NCBI GenBank assembly: GCA_905178155.1
Contig: CAJINV010000001.1
Location: 5,412,757-5,476,756 of the forward strand
Direction: 5' to 3'
DNA length: 64,000 bases
From: Amoebophrya sp. A120
Taxonomy: Eukaryota; Protista; Dinoflagellata
Below are positions 61,380-64,000 of the stretch, piece by piece (position 1 is the first letter of the stretch; the number at the start of each line of letters is the position of its first letter). A model generated the notes under the pieces. It made no database searches. It was not told where the DNA came from and saw only the letters and a program-made list of their open reading frames with translations. Both the position numbers and the translations under genes were made by a program.

Positions 61380-64000
61380 ATGGTAAAAGCATTGCAGTTC
61401 TTCACCGTGGCCAAAGTGGCCACCGTGACCGCGGTGGCCCCCGCGTCGCAGCACCGGGCCACCGCCCATATCAAGGCCGGAAAAAGTCACGCGAAAAAAG
61501 AGCGGCGCACAAGCGCGAAGGCTCGTGACCAGAAGTCCGCGGCGGTGACGTCAATTGCGTTTTCCGAGGTTGGGGGGAAAACCAAGACGCAGGAAGACGA
61601 CCCTTGTAAGAAGTTCGACGAGAACAGTCCAGACAATGTGAAGAATTTTCTCCAGAGTCTCGGCATCGATGCGAGCAACGATGAAGAAAAAGTGGACTTT
61701 CACGGGCAGTCGGGCCAGGATTTGGTCAAGGTTATGGTCGAGATGTCGGATCAGGACTACCGCTACATTCAGCAAACCCTGATTAACAAAGAGGACGAAA
61801 AGATGAGCGGTCGCGTCAAGGACATTTATCGCAGTGAAAAGATACTACGACCTTCGTTATTCCTAAGACACGAGCACGACGATAATTTGACTTCGCCTAT
61901 TAATTTATGATTTGCGACGTTTTGATCATGCCACCACCAAATGGACATCCATACCTAAAAGAGGTTTCAGGATGAATGCAGATTTCATCAAGGCAGATGG
62001 TGTCTTACTGATGGGACGTAGTATTTTTTCAGCTTGATAGGAACACGGTAACGGACATCGAGACAGCGATCAGGGACGGAGCGCGGATGGGCTTGTCGCA
62101 GCGTATCGCACTGCAAAATTGACAGCCCACAAAAAGATCGGTATACTCTGTGTTTTGCATGGTCAGTAGTGCAGCATGTGCCGATCATGATCAGCATTTA
62201 TTGTTCTATGCGAAATAGGCGAGCGCTTCAGGCGATTCGATGACAGTGTAACAAGTTCTGCTCCGCAACAAACGTTTGCAGATAGTCTGTTTGTTGCCAA
62301 TCAGTATACGAATGAAGAAAGGCTGTGCTTTGCTTTGCGATACCGCACTCGATGGACAAGATTTTGTTCAAAGAGGGTCAGAACACACCTGCGGTCGTAA
62401 CTGCAATCTCTGATTTTATCAACAGCGAGGGCCCGGAGAAGCTTCTGCAGGGCTTTGAAATTATGCTGGGTGAGGAAGCGGCGAACGCGATGGATGTGGT
62501 AAATATGGACGGCGTTTTGGGCATGGCGAAGAATTTTTTCTCCGACGACACTGTTGCAACGAAATTGTCCAAGGCCGTGAGCGCCCTGGAAAACACCGCG
62601 ATCGTGGGCGAAGTGATGAATCAAGTGAAGCAGGCCGTTCTGATTCAAACCGAGAAGGCCAAAACTCTGAGCCCGACGAGTGTCATTCAGGAGGCGTACA
62701 TCGACGGTGCCGTCAGCTTCGCCCAGGTGTTGGACTTCAGCAAGAATACCGAGTTGCATGAAAATGTGCTGATGTTCGTGGATGTCGTTGAGGGAAACGA
62801 ATGTAACGACGAAAATGGATCTCCGAAAAAAGAAATCTTTACCGGGGCTACGTGTGTGGAGCTGCAGGGTGTTATGCAGAACGTCTTGGGTGTCGGCAAG
62901 GCCCTTGACGAGGCCTTGGGCGGCATCGTGTCGGCCAATCTCCTTCTTGGTGAGTCCGGCCTTCAGTATCCGCCCTTTGGGTCGCCCGTGGCGGATGTTC
63001 TTGCCGGTTTGGTGGACAAGGAAACGGACAAACTGCTGCTGGAAAATACGCAGGTGAACCAGAACATCGTGAACATGCAAGTCGGGAACCTTGCCCAGGA
63101 CATGCTCACCGCCACCCTGGGGAAAGAGTAGTGGCTTTTTAGTTGTTGCGTATACACAAAGTTTTCATCCTGCAAAGTTTTTTAGTTGTCGCGTCCGATG
63201 AAAAAGTTTTCATCCTTGTCTTTGCGAGCATGTCCACGTGTTTTTTTTTGACTGGGCAGGGAAGCCTTAAATACTATTCTAGGTCTGTTTGTGTTTGTGA
63301 GTTTTGAAGCTGTGAGAATCTGACTGATGACACCGCAGCCGTTCTTCTCTGCAGTGCGCACTTGCCACCTGACTTCGTTTGCTTGGCGAGTATTGGTTGC
63401 TGTTTGCTAATGTTGTTATCTTCATCGCTCGCAGGTTCGACACAGTGAAGGCCGCAGTGAAGGGCGCCGTTCCGGCAATGGGAGCTATATTCCAGGTTGT
63501 TGAGGACTTGGGGTTGGACAAGATGCTACTCCGAACTCTTCCGAAGCTTCTACGCATGGGGTATTTACTTACTTCAACTTGGCAGGCTGTTGGTACGGTA
63601 GAATGTCATTTTTTCACGGACACACTATAAGTTAAGATCACAATTGCATGCACGCCTTGAAATCTGAACCTGGATGCAGTTGGTCTGAGCATAATTGTAA
63701 CACGAGGCTCGAAAGATCCGTCACTCAAAAGGATTCTAATGTCCCAGATTTGATGCGATGTTTGAGTACGGACCGTCCTGGATGCGGGCGATGGTGCAGA
63801 ACCTCGGTGGTTTTTCTGGGGCCGTGGATCTGTTTTTCAAGACCGCGGAGCTGCTGAGTCCGAAGGTCTGGCCGCAGTTGATGGGGGGTCTGCAGAGACT
63901 CTTCAGTGGTGAGTTACTCCAGGACATGGAATGCTCCTTGGAGGTTCTGCGCAAGACCCTGTACGTCGAGATGGGGTGGCATTTCTACCCAGCAGACGAC
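61380..64000 (+). CDS. Hypothetical secreted multi-exon protein, runs off the window end
   Basis: Signal-like N-terminus; ORF pieces 61380-61826, ~62045-62103 and ~62348-63127 join in frame through two introners; further GT-AG exons at ~63435-63560 and ~63748 onward. Confidence 0.6.
61827..62039. mobile_element. Introner (family D), 213 bp, TSD decayed (ACATT/GGAAC)
   Basis: Left end tatcgcagtgaaaagatactacgacc...taagacac versus reverse complement of right end tatcaagctgaaaaaatactacgtcc...taagacac; element + 5 nt removal opens TVTDIETAIRDGARMGLS. Confidence 0.75.
62104..62342. mobile_element. Introner (family E), 239 bp, partly decayed TSD (CAGCG/CCGCA)
   Basis: Left end tatcgcactgcaaaattgacagcc versus reverse complement of right end tatcgcaaagcaaagcacagcc; element + 5 nt removal joins in frame to SMDKILFKEG. 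Confidence 0.7.

Noticed and set aside
1-64000. Autonomous transposase, rRNA, tRNA or dinoflagellate spliced-leader relic
   Set aside because: None recognised by eye; no DDE transposase ORF and no CCGTAGCCATTTTGGCTCAAG match was seen. Not excluded without tRNAscan, Infernal or HMM searches.

Overview
Eukaryotic, intron-containing alveolate DNA. The alveolin, Tom40, OST3/6, RRP5 and AlkB genes, the one-strand gene order and the inverted-repeat introns together best fit a syndinian dinoflagellate such as Amoebophrya; this is inference, not a search result. About 16 protein-coding genes lie between 4.9 and 64 kb, all on the + strand, with short GT-AG introns. The main signal is 11 inserts of 171-280 bp inside coding exons. 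Each is bounded by terminal inverted repeats (TIRs) with 5'-TATC...(G/C)ATA-3' ends and a 5-bp target-site duplication (TSD; perfect in 8, decayed in 3). They fall into about 5 TIR families but share internal TGTCATGC/GCATGACA-type motifs. In every case, removing the element plus 5 nt restores the reading frame. For the 8 perfect-TSD copies no GT-AG or GC-AG register exists within the duplication. They are therefore non-canonical introner elements. The window opens with a ~3.35-kb non-coding, TIR-bounded, hairpin-rich element carrying the same TGTCATG motif, followed by a C2H2 + SF2-helicase-like gene that resembles giant-virus proteins. Other points are a satellite-filled intron, a cold-shock domain apparently split into three parts, and secreted proteins with repeated SFL(E/Q) maturase-like motifs. 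All exon models and coordinates were read by eye.
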